Shown piece after piece: positions 11,770 through 23,475 of a stretch of 34,704 bases of DNA. Location: assembly GCA_032718475.1 (NCBI GenBank), contig JAUCBJ010000835.1, forward strand, positions 1-34,704, read 5' to 3'. Below the pieces are notes generated by a model, which was not told the DNA's origin, did no database searches, and saw only the letters and a list, made by a program, of their open reading frames with translations. The translations under genes and the position numbers were made by a program. Numbering within the stretch: the first letter of the stretch is position 1; each line of letters begins with the position of its first letter. The stretch comes from Nemertoderma westbladi (Eukaryota > Animalia > Xenacoelomorpha).

Positions 11770-13062
11770 TTGTGGGGCGAGCCACGAAGTTGGCGGAGCC
11801 TTAGCGAATTGACACTATTAGGGGGTGGGTCAATTTATGCAAATAGTTGTCGTCGTCGTCGTCGTCGTTGTCGTCGTCGTCGTCGGCGTTACGATTTTGA
11901 CATGCTAATAACTTTGTCGGATTTAAAGCTGCCAAGTTGAAAATTTGTAGGTATCAATATGAGCAAAAGTTGAGATTTTTGAGAGACTTTCAGACACCAT
12001 CAGTGCAATGGTCTCCCGCTAGAGGGCCACATGTCTAAACATTAAATGCCCTCCCATTTCTTTGCTTTTAATCCGTTTAAGCTGAAACTTGGCAGATATG
12101 TATTAGACCATTAGCTGTGACTTTCAAAGGAGGCGAATCCATCTGCAGTTCTCCAGTCTGCCGCTAGAGGGCCAAAGGTCTGAAAGTGAAATCGTTGTCG
12201 TCGTCACGATTTTGACATGCTAATAACTTTGTCGGATTTAAAGCTGCCAAGTTGAAAATTTGTAGGTATCAATATGAGCTTAAGTTGAGATTTTTGAGAG
12301 ACTTTCAGACACCATCAGTGCAATGGTCTCCCGCTAGAGGGCCACATGTCTAAACATTAAATGCCCTCCCATTTCTTTGCTTTTAATCCGTTTAAGCTGA
12401 AACTTGGCAGATATGTATTAGACCATTAGCTGTGACTTTCAAAGGAGGCGAATCCATCTGCAGTTCTCCAGTCTGCCGCTAGAGGGCCAAATGTCTGAAA
12501 GTGAAATCGTTGTCGTCGTTATGATATTGACATGCTTATAACTTTGTCGAATTTAAAGCTGCCAAGTTGAAAATTTGTTTTGTTGAAAATCAGTTCAACA
12601 GTCACCCGCTATAGGACTACTTTATGCCTGAAAGTGAATAGATTCTCCCGTCTCATTGATTTTAATCAGTTTAAGCTGAATCTTGCCATATATTCTGGAC
12701 CACATGCTGCGTCTTTGTGGGGGGGGGGGGGGGGGGAGATTTAATCTGTCTGCCGCTATACGACGAAATTTCTGAAAGTGAGATCCGTCTCTCATTTCGT
12801 TATCCGTTATTCAAGATGAAACTTGGCCGATGTACGTATGTACTATTCATCCATAGGCTGTGTCTTTGTGGGGCTGGAGACCCTAATCCATCTTCAGTTC
12901 TCACTATACCGCTAGAGTCAGAAATGTCTGAATAGAAATGAAAGAGGTAAAAAGTGATTAGGCGAAATCTGCTTAAAATTTGCTAATACAGTAATACTTT
13001 CGAATTAGTACTTAAATTAAATTTAAGTCACGTGCTGCGCGAAGGCCCCACTTCGTGTTGAG
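11770..13062 (+). mobile_element. HINE/DINE-1-like copy with (GTC)n microsatellite and central tandem repeats
   Basis: 5' TGTGGGGCGAGCCACGAAGT, (GTC)n at 11848-11885, 3' CACGTGCTGCGCGAAGGCCCCAC. Confidence 0.75.
11890..12935 (+). repeat. 315-bp tandem repeat (two near-identical units plus degenerate third), each a dimer of ~145/170-bp subunits
   Basis: GATTTTGACATGCTAATAACTTTGTCG at ~11893, ~12208, ~12523; CCGCTAGAGGGCCA at 12016, 12161, 12331, 12476. Confidence 0.9.
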
Positions 13063-14947
13063 TAATATGTATTGATTGTCAAATTGTGCATATAAAGATA
13101 AAAGACCGCGGAGGAGCTTATATTGTTCTTGAATGAAATGGCAGCAAAATTCTATTTAAAAAATGATAATTTCCAAAGTAAATAATTTTGTAGACAGAAA
13201 TGGGACGGATGGTATTTGCCTGTTTCGTATGGGGTGTTAGTTTCATCAGTTCTTTTATTATTCTCAACAGAAGCGGAAAATCAAAACGTTTCTAATGCGC
13301 CCTAAATAATAAATAAAATATTCACAACTTTAAAAGTTTGAGTACTTAGTTTGAAAACATGTAAGGCTAAAACGTTTTTTTAAACAGGACCTTAAATTGG
13401 TTTTAATTATAGTTACTGGTGTGCTTGTGCTTTGTGTTCTATTTTTACATTTATCTTTTTTTCCCTCGAGCAGATTAAATAGCATGCAACTTTCGAACTC
13501 CCAAATCTCAGCTTTTTTTCAATCAAATTCAGGTTGTGTTACATATTTGGAATCCTTCATGAGCCGGAGCCTCCCATCAGTCAAGCATCAAGCAAATCAC
13601 ATCACTTACTATATGGTTGACGAATAACTGGGTTGTAACTGGTGAAATATCGACGGGTACATCAAACGTTTGTATATAAAGATTGAAAGCGAAAATAAAA
13701 AGTCTGGTTCATCCAATAAGGATGAAGGAGGTGAAACTTTCTCGGTTTCCAATTTGGTTCAATCTCATTTAGGATTTGTAGAAAAATTTCGCCTATCAGC
13801 GGCAGACTGAGGAGTCCAAAGTCGTGATACAGATCCCTTTTGACAGATATAAGTTAGGTAACATTTATTTGAGGATTCACTAAGTTATTATCGTTCAACT
13901 ATACGGAACTTGGGAACTCTAGAACGTCTCCTCGCTGGTCTCCTATAACCAAACGACTCCCAAATAACAGCATCATGCACAGCGCACAGTCTGATCTCTG
14001 AATTAATACATTTCTGTTGGTATAGTTTGTACCATGAAAAATGCTTACTCCCCAAGTAATGGACTATAATTAAAGTAAAGAGATCGATGAGCCTTTGAAA
14101 CACGAAACACCGGATACTCTTGGTTGTTAGGCCAGGAAGGGTGCCACTCTAACTCCCACGGGTGGTCTCCGTATCTATCCCACCTATCCTTTCTTACTTA
14201 CTCTCCCAGCAGGCGCCAGGTTCCCAATGTACCGCTGATTTTGCGTAATCATTAATGTCTGAAGTGCTTTAAATAGGGACACAACTGTTTGAAACATATA
14301 CATACAGCCTACATAGTCGGGTTTGAAACGCCGCCGCCAAATGCTATTGGGAGAGATCAGTCGCATTATCTATTTGGATATGGAACACGGTTGCTGATTT
14401 AAATAATAGCTGTAATAAGAATTGAATTAATTTTTCTATTGTGTTATTAATCAATGAGATTAATATCTGTGTAATAACAATACATACTAGTGCGGAAAAT
14501 ATCACATTACAGTGTTCTGTTCCGAGATATTTGTTACAAGAAAGAAATGTAGTGAATGAGTGCAACTAAACATACGAGGATCAAACAGAACACTGCGAAT
14601 TAGGCCTACTTTTCATCAAGTATGTACCAACATTGTAACATTATGAAAAGACTCCTGAATGAAAAACTGCACTTTTGTTGTTTAATAAAAGTGCAATATT
14701 CGAGGAGATATGGTGTAGCAGGTGAACATAAAAATAAATAAAAAAAAGTACATTACATACATATTGTAAGATATCCATTTCAACTTTGCTAGTTTAAATG
14801 TAACACTACAATTTCTTAGTAATTTAATTGTGATTTAATTAATTGTCTAATTAAACGTTTTTCACATTTTCACAGAATTATGGACTTAATTACATTAGGA
14901 ACTAAAGTGTAACTGCAGTTCGTTTCGTACAGTAGTATAAAAAATCA

Positions 14948-15546
14948 CTATATCTTAACAAGATATTTATTCGCAGTCAAGATAACCCCATTAGCTGGGC
15001 GGGTAGCGGTACCATTAGATACACCGGTCGCTGCACCGTTTGTGACACCGTTAACTGAACCATTAGATACACCGTTACTGGTGATCATAGAAGTAGAGTT
15101 AGAACCGGTAGTACGGGGTGTGCTTCCTTTGTTGCTGTCCTCACTGTTGATTGGTGCCAAGGAAACCAAGTTATAGACACTCTTAGCGGGTCTCATCCTA
15201 TTGGCTGTAGTCTCTTTACTGCCATTAGGCAGTGAAGCGCGTCGTTCTTTGGCGGAGTTAAACACGCTGTCTAGTCGATGTGTACCCAAGGAGCTGCGAA
15301 CGTTCTTCGAGAAGCGATCAACCTCGCATTTGATAACGGACCGCGGTGTTGTAGTCTGGTTAAGGTCCAAATACCGCCAGCAAATAGTCTGGAAGCTATG
15401 GGGATCATGAGTGACAGGGAGCCCTATAGCTACACGATTTAGACTGTGCGAGTATTTATGGTAACACCTCTCGTAATCTTCGATCAATTCATACAGACTG
15501 TTGTAACTAAGGGGTTTATACATGAGGTCTTGTCTCCGACTCATAC
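14948..15546 (-). CDS. VASH: Vasohibin (tubulinyl-Tyr carboxypeptidase), coding exon 4 (last)
   Basis: Acceptor CTTCTTTCAG|GT ATG; (G)MSRRQDLMYKP...HDPHS matches VASH1 GMSRREDLMYKP...HDPHS; stop TAG at 14948. Confidence 0.92.
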
Positions 15547-16010
15547 CTGAAAGAAGTGAAAAGCGGTCCAAGTTGGTGTAGAAATTAGGATATACTGTAT
15601 AACATTTAAAAAATAGCTTTAACTTTTATACTAATATACATTTTATATAAATAAAACATAAATAACATTTTGTGGTTGAAATTTGAATGCTTAAACTTTC
15701 AAATAAAAAGAATTGGGAATGATTTTATTTCCAAATATCATTGCTTCTTTTGAAATTTGAGGTGATTCCTAAAACTCATTCATAATGGGTGTATCAGCTG
15801 CTGCATTTGAGGGGGTAGTTCAAGAACGTATACATGATGACACAAAAAGATACAAATTTCACATAAAATATTGATGTAAAATGAAAAAGATTGAAAATGA
15901 GAGAAACAAGAAGATGAAAAATTTGTCACTAAGAGACAAACTATTGTGAATTTTTTGCTAGTTTGCCATTTTGTTCAAACCCATTTTCTAAATCGTGTGT
16001 ACTCACTCAC

Positions 16011-16161
16011 CTATTGCACCGTAACAGCCTTGGGAGTACAGCCCTAGGACCACATGCCTATGCACCGTGTTCTGGAAACTACTGTTGAAACTAAGTGGGT
16101 ATCTTTCTAAACCTTGAATGGAGTTGGTTAGGTACAAACCAAGTATTACTGCTTCTAGACA
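16011..16161 (-). CDS. VASH: Vasohibin coding exon 3 (catalytic Cys and His); absent from ORF track
   Basis: TTTTGCAG|TGT...ATA G|GTGAGT; translates CLEAVILGLYLTNSIQGLERYPLSFNSSFQNTVHRHVVLGLYSQGCYGAI; phases fit exons 2 and 4. Confidence 0.93.
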
Positions 16162-16244
16162 CTGCAAAATAATTTGTTTAATGTACCTATTATCTCACCA
16201 TACTACTACAGTACTACAACTACGCTGAACGAGCTCGGACATTG

Positions 16245-16883
16245 GAAATGAGATCGTTCCAGGCTTCCGGATTCTCCAAATAGTTGTCGCAATTTCGTTT
16301 CTATATATATCCCTCGCAACGTCTCAAGTTGGTCTACAGTGTCATAGCGGGTCGCCCAAGGCTAAGCTTTCCTTGAGTTGGTTGGCAAAAATGATCTTGT
16401 TGAAACAGATGGTGATGGTATTGTACCATAAAGTTGGGCGTTTGTCATGTGTTGTCTCAAGCTGATGTTTAGGGCTGCCCTTGGTAGTCTTGTTAACGCG
16501 CTATCCATGCCTTTGATTTCCTAACTTCTATGTCTTTTCCGCTCCTCTCTATCCATGACCCAAAGTACTGGAAGTCGTCAACGTTCTTTAGTTTATTATT
16601 ATCGATTGTGGTCAGGCTTCCATTAAGATTAAAAGTCATAAATTCTGTCTTGTTAGCATTTACATGCAATCCCTTTCCACTTTGTTCAGTAGATGCTGTG
16701 CGTGCATCTGCTATCGTATTAGAAAGCAGGGCGATGTCATCCGCAAGTCGCTGTATGTGACTATAATTCCGGATATCTGCTGCTTCTACGTTCTTGTAGT
16801 ATGAATTCAAGACATCTCCATTTGTGGCAATTATGTCACGTTGCAATACGCCAGCTAGGATTGAGAAAAATTCAGTTTCACCA
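16245..16883 (-). mobile_element. Degenerate RTE-like LINE reverse transcriptase fragment in vasohibin intron
   Basis: GETEFFSILAGVLQRD, LADDIALLS, GLHVNANKTEFM, VDDFQYFGSWI, then RAALNIS and GRP motifs, with deletions/frameshifts. Confidence 0.85.
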
Positions 16884-17030
16884 CTGTGTCACAATATAAC
16901 AGTCCATATTTAATTTGCCGAGAAGGATTTGCTTCAGTTCAGTAGGCCCCCTAAACTGTATTATATTTTTCGCTGTTAAAATAATATAAAAGTAGGCCTA
17001 TGACTATATGCTCAGCCTAGTTTGCCTTAC

Positions 17031-17225
17031 TTTGATTGGAAGAGATTGTTTCACCATTGATTTGGCTGTCTCCATATGGCCAACCATTGGTCTGTTCTTT
17101 CTGATCTCGTAGAACTGCGTTCCAGTGTGGTTGTATTCCAGTTTTATCATATACTGCTGCACCCCTTCAACCATATCAGCAACCATCGTCTTTTTATCCA
17201 TATTTAGGAGACTAGGTACCCTCAC
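17031..17225 (-). CDS. VASH: Vasohibin coding exon 2
   Basis: GGTAG|GTG...ATC AAA|GTAAGG; VRVPSLL...LEYNHTGTQFYEIRKNRP...SLPIK matches VASH1 LQYNHTGTQFFEIKKSRP...ALPIK. Confidence 0.93.
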
Positions 17226-17458
17226 CTACCGGCATAAATAAAACAATCAATAAATAAAATATGTTGACGAAATCACAGTTGTTGGTCGGTGATTTCGACG
17301 GCACACACCACTCTACTACACTACTAGTAGGCCCATTCATTCATTATAATATGTATTTAATTTCGTCTCTTGGTTACATTTATTATAGCAGTATAGTGTA
17401 TGATTTTATAACTTCAAAATATACACGTTCGGTAGGTAGGAAGGTAGGCCTACACTGG

Positions 17459-18382
17459 TACACGTTCGTGGGGCCATCGCGCAGCACGAGGCTCAGTTAT
17501 GAGATACAAATTAAAATTGAGCGACTCTATCACAAAATCGGTATTTAAGAAATAATTAAACCGCAGATAAATCAAATGATGTGATCATGATCAAATGATT
17601 GATGATACTGAAATATTAATTTACCATATGAACTCCTCAACGAAATTATTTAGCTAATTATTCCAAAGAATCACGATTAAATACTCATCCAATCATTTTG
17701 CGAGAAAAACAATGAGAAAGCTGTCTTAGTCATGTATATTAGTCTTACTAGTCTGGCTCTTTACACCGCTGCCTGTCCTATAGATGTAATTAACCATTGC
17801 TCGAGCAGCTGTAAGGTGGGACTGGTTCCCAGCTAAGCAATAGAAGCCCGTCATGGAATGAGGGAGGTGGAAGAAGTATAGTGTGGAAAAACGGGGCATT
17901 CTAATAACTTAATTACATTTAGATTAATTAAAAACACATTTCTTAAAGCAAATCACTTGAACTAATTAAAAACCGCAAAAAAAGTCAAATAAAAGGACAT
18001 AAAAAATCACTACCATTAAAAACTATAATGGAATGGGGTATAGGGATTACAGATGTATAATTTTAAGTACTGTATAATTATTTAAATCTTATACAAGAAA
18101 ATAATTAATTTCCATTAAAAGACAGGCAAAAATGTCTAGTTTTTCGTAATCAAATAATTTTTAACTAATTAATTGCCTTTATCTTAGCTTCTGGAAGGCC
18201 ATACGCAAATTCTACTTGGAAAATATGTACCAAGTTTGGTTAGATTTCATCAGGATTGACTGAGTTATTACCGTTTAAAAATTGGACGCAGCAACCGACA
18301 GAACAGCAGAACGATGGACACACCGATTGAGATAGTTGTACCCGTATTCTACGATCTCTTACTTTCGTGGCTCGCCCCACAA
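17459..18382 (-). mobile_element. HINE-like copy in vasohibin intron
   Basis: Ends ACACGTTCGTGGGGCCATCGCGCAGCACGAGG and TTTCGTGGCTCGCCCCACA; 17900-18310 is similar to the reverse complement of 60-450. Confidence 0.75.
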
Positions 18383-18466
18383 TCATTGCTGTAGTAAAAA
18401 TAACAACAATTAGGACAGCAGCAAATTTGCAAAATCATTTTAAACAATTTCCAATTAAATTAATGC

Positions 18467-18610
18467 AGTGTAATGTAATGTAATCTAAAGTAAAGTAATG
18501 TAATGTAATGTAATGTAATGTAATGTAATGTAATGTAATGTAATGTAATGTAATGTAATGTAAAGTAATGTAATGTAAAGTAATGTAAAGTAAAGTAATG
18601 TAATGTAAAG
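18467..18610. repeat. (TAATG)n microsatellite, short copy
   Basis: Direct reading; explains the LHYIT ORF. Confidence 0.95.
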
Positions 18611-18679
18611 TAATAATTTGTTGTTTGTTAGTCAATTGTATAGGATAGTGTAAACATAATTATTAACCTCCCGAATATT

Positions 18680-18938
18680 ATTTACCTGGGGTAGTTTATT
18701 TACCTAGGGGTAGTTTATTTACCTGGGGTAGTTTATTTACCTAGGGGTAGTTTATTTACCTGAGGTAGTTTATTCACCTGGGGGTAGTTTTTTTTTACCT
18801 GGGGTAGTTTATTTACCTGAGGTAGTTTATTTACCTGGGGGTAGTTTATTTACCTGAGGTAGTTTATTTACCTGGGGGTAGTTTATTTACCTGAGGTAGT
18901 TTATTTACCTGGGGTAGTTTATTTACCTGAGGTAGTTT
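18680..18938 (-). repeat. 18-19 bp tandem array of the exon/intron junction (14 units)
   Basis: Minus-strand unit AAACTACC(T/C)CAG|GTAAAT. Confidence 0.92.
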
Positions 18939-19187
18939 TGTATTATATCGAATTCGACTTTGCAATTTATTTCCCTCCGGGTGGATTTTAGCAGCGTGAT
19001 TCCACATTCGATCTATAACCCTAGCGGTGAGGGGAAAACCCTCTTTGTTTACATAAAATGACACTCGGTTGTCATGGCTGCCGGAAGAGTCGTCTTGCTC
19101 TTCTGTGTCATTAGTCGCCATCAGCATTGCCTGGGGAGTAGATGACGCCAAAACGTCCACACTGCGAGATAGCAATTTCTTGGCCAT
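18927..19187 (-). CDS. VASH: Vasohibin coding exon 1 (87 codons); joined CDS ~401 aa
   Basis: FYVNKEGFPL...MWNHAAKIHPEG...IR...LPQ matches VASH1 FFVNRGGLPV...MWKHVAKIHPDG...IR...LPK; in-frame stop upstream of ATG; donor CAG|GTAAAT; probable 5'-UTR acceptor TTCTTACAG at ~19221. Confidence 0.9.
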
Positions 19188-20213
19188 TTCACCATCAATT
19201 CAATTCCAAAGCATTAAATACTGTAAGAAATCAATTCATGTAAGTATGGATGTACATTGATAATTATTATTGTAACAAATTTATGTTAATCTCCTTTCAG
19301 TCACAATCTTAACAGTATAAAACGTCACAATTACTGTTGTTACTGAAAAAGTAGGTGAAATTGTCCATTTAAATAACAATATACAATAAATCAACGATAA
19401 ACTATTTATAATTTGGAAAGAAATGGGGCGTGATTTAAGAATTATGATTAATATACAATCAAATTGTGATCAGTAGCATAAGGTTGCTTTGACGACCAAT
19501 CAAAGCTAATAATAACTAAATAACTTGGCCTTTCTGGTAGGCATAACTAGAATGTAGTATTGATCCAAGTTGCCTATTGTCCATGTCCAAGCTTATATTA
19601 TATGAAGGGTCACACTTTTCTTTCCGGGACAGATTAATAGTTAGCGGCTGCGTCAGCGCTGAAACCCGATTGGTGGATTTCATGCAAACTTACTAGTGAA
19701 CGACGCCTTCCCATCCATTACTCATACTTCATAGATTATTTTAATGAGACAAATAATGCGCAAACCACAGTGCTACAATAATTATTGCTGCATTGAACGA
19801 CGTTTTTCGGTGTAAAGATATATTAACGGATAGCCGGAGGTGAAGACCCTCTGTAACTGAATTAATATGATAATTAAATGCCCCACATTGGGAATTCCTA
19901 AATCCGCATTAATAGCGTTTTGCTTCTTTTTTATTCATACCACCCAGGGGCGTATCTATGATACAATACGATACAAGTGATAACATAGAAATGAGCGCGA
20001 ATAGAAATAAAACCTAGAAGAGGCAGCAGCTTTGAATAGTGAAAATTTGAAAATTACATTTATTATCATCATTATTTATTAATTTCAATGGGTTTATTCA
20101 AAATTGTATAATTGGAGGGGGATATTATGTACCTTAGTTTGCGGAGCGAGGTAGATTTATGAGCCGCCGTTGAAGCCAAAAGGTTAAAAAAATATTAAGA
20201 AATTAAAAAATTA

Positions 20214-20300
20214 TTATAAAATTATATACTGCTGCACCCCTTCAACCATATCAGCGACCATCGTCTTTTTATCCATATTTAGGAGACTAGGTACCCTCAC
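20214..20300 (-). pseudogene. Truncated duplicate of vasohibin exon 2
   Basis: Matches 17149-17225 with one synonymous change and intact acceptor; runs into ...GVQQYIIL* (TAA 20214-20216). Confidence 0.85.
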
Positions 20301-20866
20301 CTACCGGCATAAATAAAACAATCAATAAATAAAATATGTTGACGAAATCACAGTTGTTGGTCGGTGATTTCGACGGCACACACCACTCTACTACACTACT
20401 AGTAGGCTCATTCATTCATTATAATATGTATTTAATTTCGTCTCTTGGTTACATTTATTATAGCAGTATAGTGTATGATTTTATAACTTCAAAATATACA
20501 CGTTCGTGGGGCCATAGCGCAGCACGAGGCTCAGTTATGAGATACAAATTAAAATTGAGCGACTCTATCACAAAATCGGTATTTGAGAAATAATTAAACC
20601 GCAGATAAATCAAATGATAATGTGATCATGATCAAATGATCAAATGATTGATGATACTGAAATATTAATTTACCAGATGTAATTAACCATTGCTCGAGCA
20701 GCTGTAAGGTGGGACTGGTTCCCAGCTAAGCAATAGAAGCCCGTCATGGAATGAGGGAGGTGGAAGAAGTATAGTGTGGAAAAACGGGGCATTCTAATAA
20801 CTTAATTACATTTAGATTAATTAAAAACACATTTCTTAAAGCAAATCACTTGAACTAATTAAAAAC

Positions 20867-23030
20867 CGCAATAATTTTTATTGTCCGTTTAAATCCTTCT
20901 TTTGTCCTTTTTTTTACTTTTTATGTTCTCCAGAAATCTACCGTTAGGTTCCATGCTACCGGTTTCTCTACAGCTGTTCTCTCAGGCTATCAGTACCGGT
21001 ATTAGTATATAGAGCACTATTTTGTAGTATTGCTGTATTGTATGTACAGATGTAGATATAAAGCAGGTATTTTGGGTATTTTTGTACCGGTACCGGCACC
21101 GGTACTGCTGTGTAGGCTTACTGTGTAGCCTACCATTTAAATACGATACTGATAGGCCTACCGGCTGACCGGTTGTTTTGGTTAGAAAATCCCGCCTCTG
21201 TAACCTGCTCCTTTCCTTGATTTGGTAAAGTTACCGTTTATTGTTTTGGTTAGAAAGGCCCGCCTCTGTAACCTGCTCCTTTCCTTCATTTAGTAAAACG
21301 ACTGTTTATTGTTTTGGTTAGAAAATCCCGCCTCTGTAACCTGCCCCTTTCCCTCAATTAGTTAAATTATCGTTTATTGTTTTGGTTAGAAAGTCCCGTC
21401 TCTGTAACCTGCTCCTTTCCCTGATTTGGTAAAGTGACCGTTTATTGTTTTGGTTAGAAAGGCCCGCCTCTGTAACCTGCTCCTTTCCTTCATTTAGTAA
21501 AGTGATTGTTTATTGTTTTGGTTAGAAAATCACGCCTCTGTAACCTGCCCCTTTCCCTCAATTAGTTAAATGATCGTTTATTGTTTTGGTTAGAAAGGCC
21601 CGCCTCTGTAACCTGCTCCTTTCCTTCATTTAGTAAAACGACTGTTTATTGTTTTGGTTAGAAAATCCCGCCTCTGTAACCTGCCCCTTTCCCTCAATTA
21701 GTTAAATTATCGTTTATTGTTTTGGTTAGAAAGTCCCGTCTCTGTAACCTGCTCCTTTCCCTGATTTGGTAAAGTGACCGTTTATTGTTTTGGTTAGAAA
21801 GGCCCGCCTCTGTAACCTGCTCCTTTCCTTCATTTAGTAAAGTGATTGTTTATTGTTTTGGTTAGAAAATCACGCCTCTGTAACCTGCCCCTTTCCCTCA
21901 ATTAGTTAAATGATCGTTTATTGTTTTGGTTAGAAAATTCCGCCTCTTTAACCTGCTCCTTTCCCTCAATTAGTTAAATGATCGTTTATTGTTTTGGTTA
22001 GAAAATCCCGCCTCTGTAACCTGCTCATTTCCCTCAATTAGTTAAGTGATCGTTTATTGTTTGGGTTAGAAAATTCCGCCTCTGTAACCTGCCCCTTTCC
22101 CTCAATTAGTTAAATGGTCGTTTATTGTTTTGGTTAGAAAATCCCGCCTCTGTAACCTGCTCCTTTCCCTCAATTGGTTAAGTGATCGTTTATTATTTTG
22201 GTTAGAAAATCCCGCCTCTGTAACCTGCTCCTTTCCCTCAATTAGTTAAGTTATCGTTTATTGTTTTGGTTAGAAAATCCCGTCTCTGTAACCTGCTCCT
22301 TTCCCTGATTTGGTAAGGTGACTGTTTATTGTTTTGGTTAGAAAAACCCGCCTATGTAACCTGCTCCTTTATCTCAATTGGTAATGTTATCGTTTATTGT
22401 TTTGGTTACAAAATCCCGTCTCTGTAACCTGCTCCTTTCCTTGATTTGGTAAAGTGACTGCTTATTGTTTTGGTTAGAAATTCCCGCCTCTGTAACCCGC
22501 TCCTTTCCCTGGTTAGAAAGGCCCGCCTCTGTAACCTGCTCCTTTCCTTCATTTTGTAAAGTGACTGTTTATTGTTTTGGTTAGACAATCCGGCCTTAAC
22601 ATGCTACTTTCCATCAATTGGTAATTGTTTTTGGCTATAAAATGAGTGTTTTGCTACGTCATGTGGTAATCGATTATCGACAACAACCACAAACTATTAA
22701 ATTTATAGTCTTTTACCACAGGCGTATATGGAAATCTATCTCATAGTCTATAAATCATGGAATCATGGAATGTTTTGGCACAGGCATAGTGAAACCAACT
22801 GTCCGACAGACCAGAAATCAACAAATTTTGAATGTTTTGGCATAGGGATGTTGAAATCAACTGTCTGACAGTCCAGAAATCAGCAGTCTGACAGTTTGAA
22901 GAAATACATACATAAAAAGTCATTAAAGGACAACAAACGTCATTAAAAGGGACAACAAAAGTCATTATGCACAATTCGTAAAAAAAGGAGGACAAAAAAG
23001 TCAAATAAAAGGACATAAAAAATCACTGCC
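20867..23030. mobile_element. Non-autonomous Mutator (MULE)-like DNA transposon
   Basis: 9-bp TSD ATTAAAAAC (20858-20866, 23031-23039); single copy of this 9-mer in the uninterrupted paralog (380-388, reverse); imperfect ~45-bp TIRs CGCAATAATTTTTATTGTCC.. / ..GGACATAAAAAATCACTGCC. Confidence 0.75.
21173..22590. repeat. 68-bp satellite, ~21 copies, inside the MULE-like element
   Basis: Unit TTGTTTTGGTTAGAAAATCCCGCCTCTGTAACCTGCTCCTTTCC..., starts 21173, 21241, 21309. Confidence 0.95.
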
Positions 23031-23475
23031 ATTAAAAACTATAATGGAATGGGGTATAGGGATTACAGATATAATTTTAAGTACTGTATAATTATTTAAA
23101 TCTTATACAAGAAAATAATTAATTTCCATTAAAAGACAGGCAAAAATGTCTAGTTTTTCGTAAAAATTTAACTAATGAATTGCCTTTATCTTAGCTTCTC
23201 GAAGGCCATACGCAAATTCTACTTGGAAAATATGTACCAAGTTTGGTTCGATTTCATCAGGATTGACTGAGTTATTACCGTTTAAAAATTGGACGCAGCA
23301 GAACGACAGAACAGCAGAACGATGGACACACCGATTGAGATAATTGTACCCGTATTCTACGATCTCTTACTTTCGTGGCTCGCCCCACAATCATTGCTGT
23401 AGTAAAAATAACAACAATTAGGACAGCAGCAAATTTGCAAAATCACTTTAAACAATTTCCAATTAAATTAATGCA

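Larger units (their letters stand above)
10995..13391. mobile_element. Non-autonomous TTAA-specific DNA transposon (Kolobok-like) hosting a nested HINE
   Basis: TTAA|GGTCCTGTTTAAAAAAAGCGTT at 10991 and AACGTTTTTTTAAACAGGACC|TTAA at 13371-13395: TIR plus TTAA TSD; purine-starting terminus fits Kolobok better than piggyBac. Confidence 0.75.
20497..23389 (-). mobile_element. Duplicate HINE-like copy interrupted by Mutator-like insertion
   Basis: Same termini as 17459-18382. Confidence 0.75.

Noticed and set aside
14100-14350. Possible SINE or ncRNA-like GC-richer patch
   Set aside because: No convincing A/B boxes, tail or second copy in the window
17261-17548. Hydrophobic ORF repeated at 20336-20593
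   Set aside because: Antisense intronic sequence duplicated with the segment; frame not preserved between copies
21173-22590. CRISPR-like look (conserved part plus variable part, 68-bp period)
   Set aside because: Variable parts are point variants of each other, not unique spacers; no cas genes
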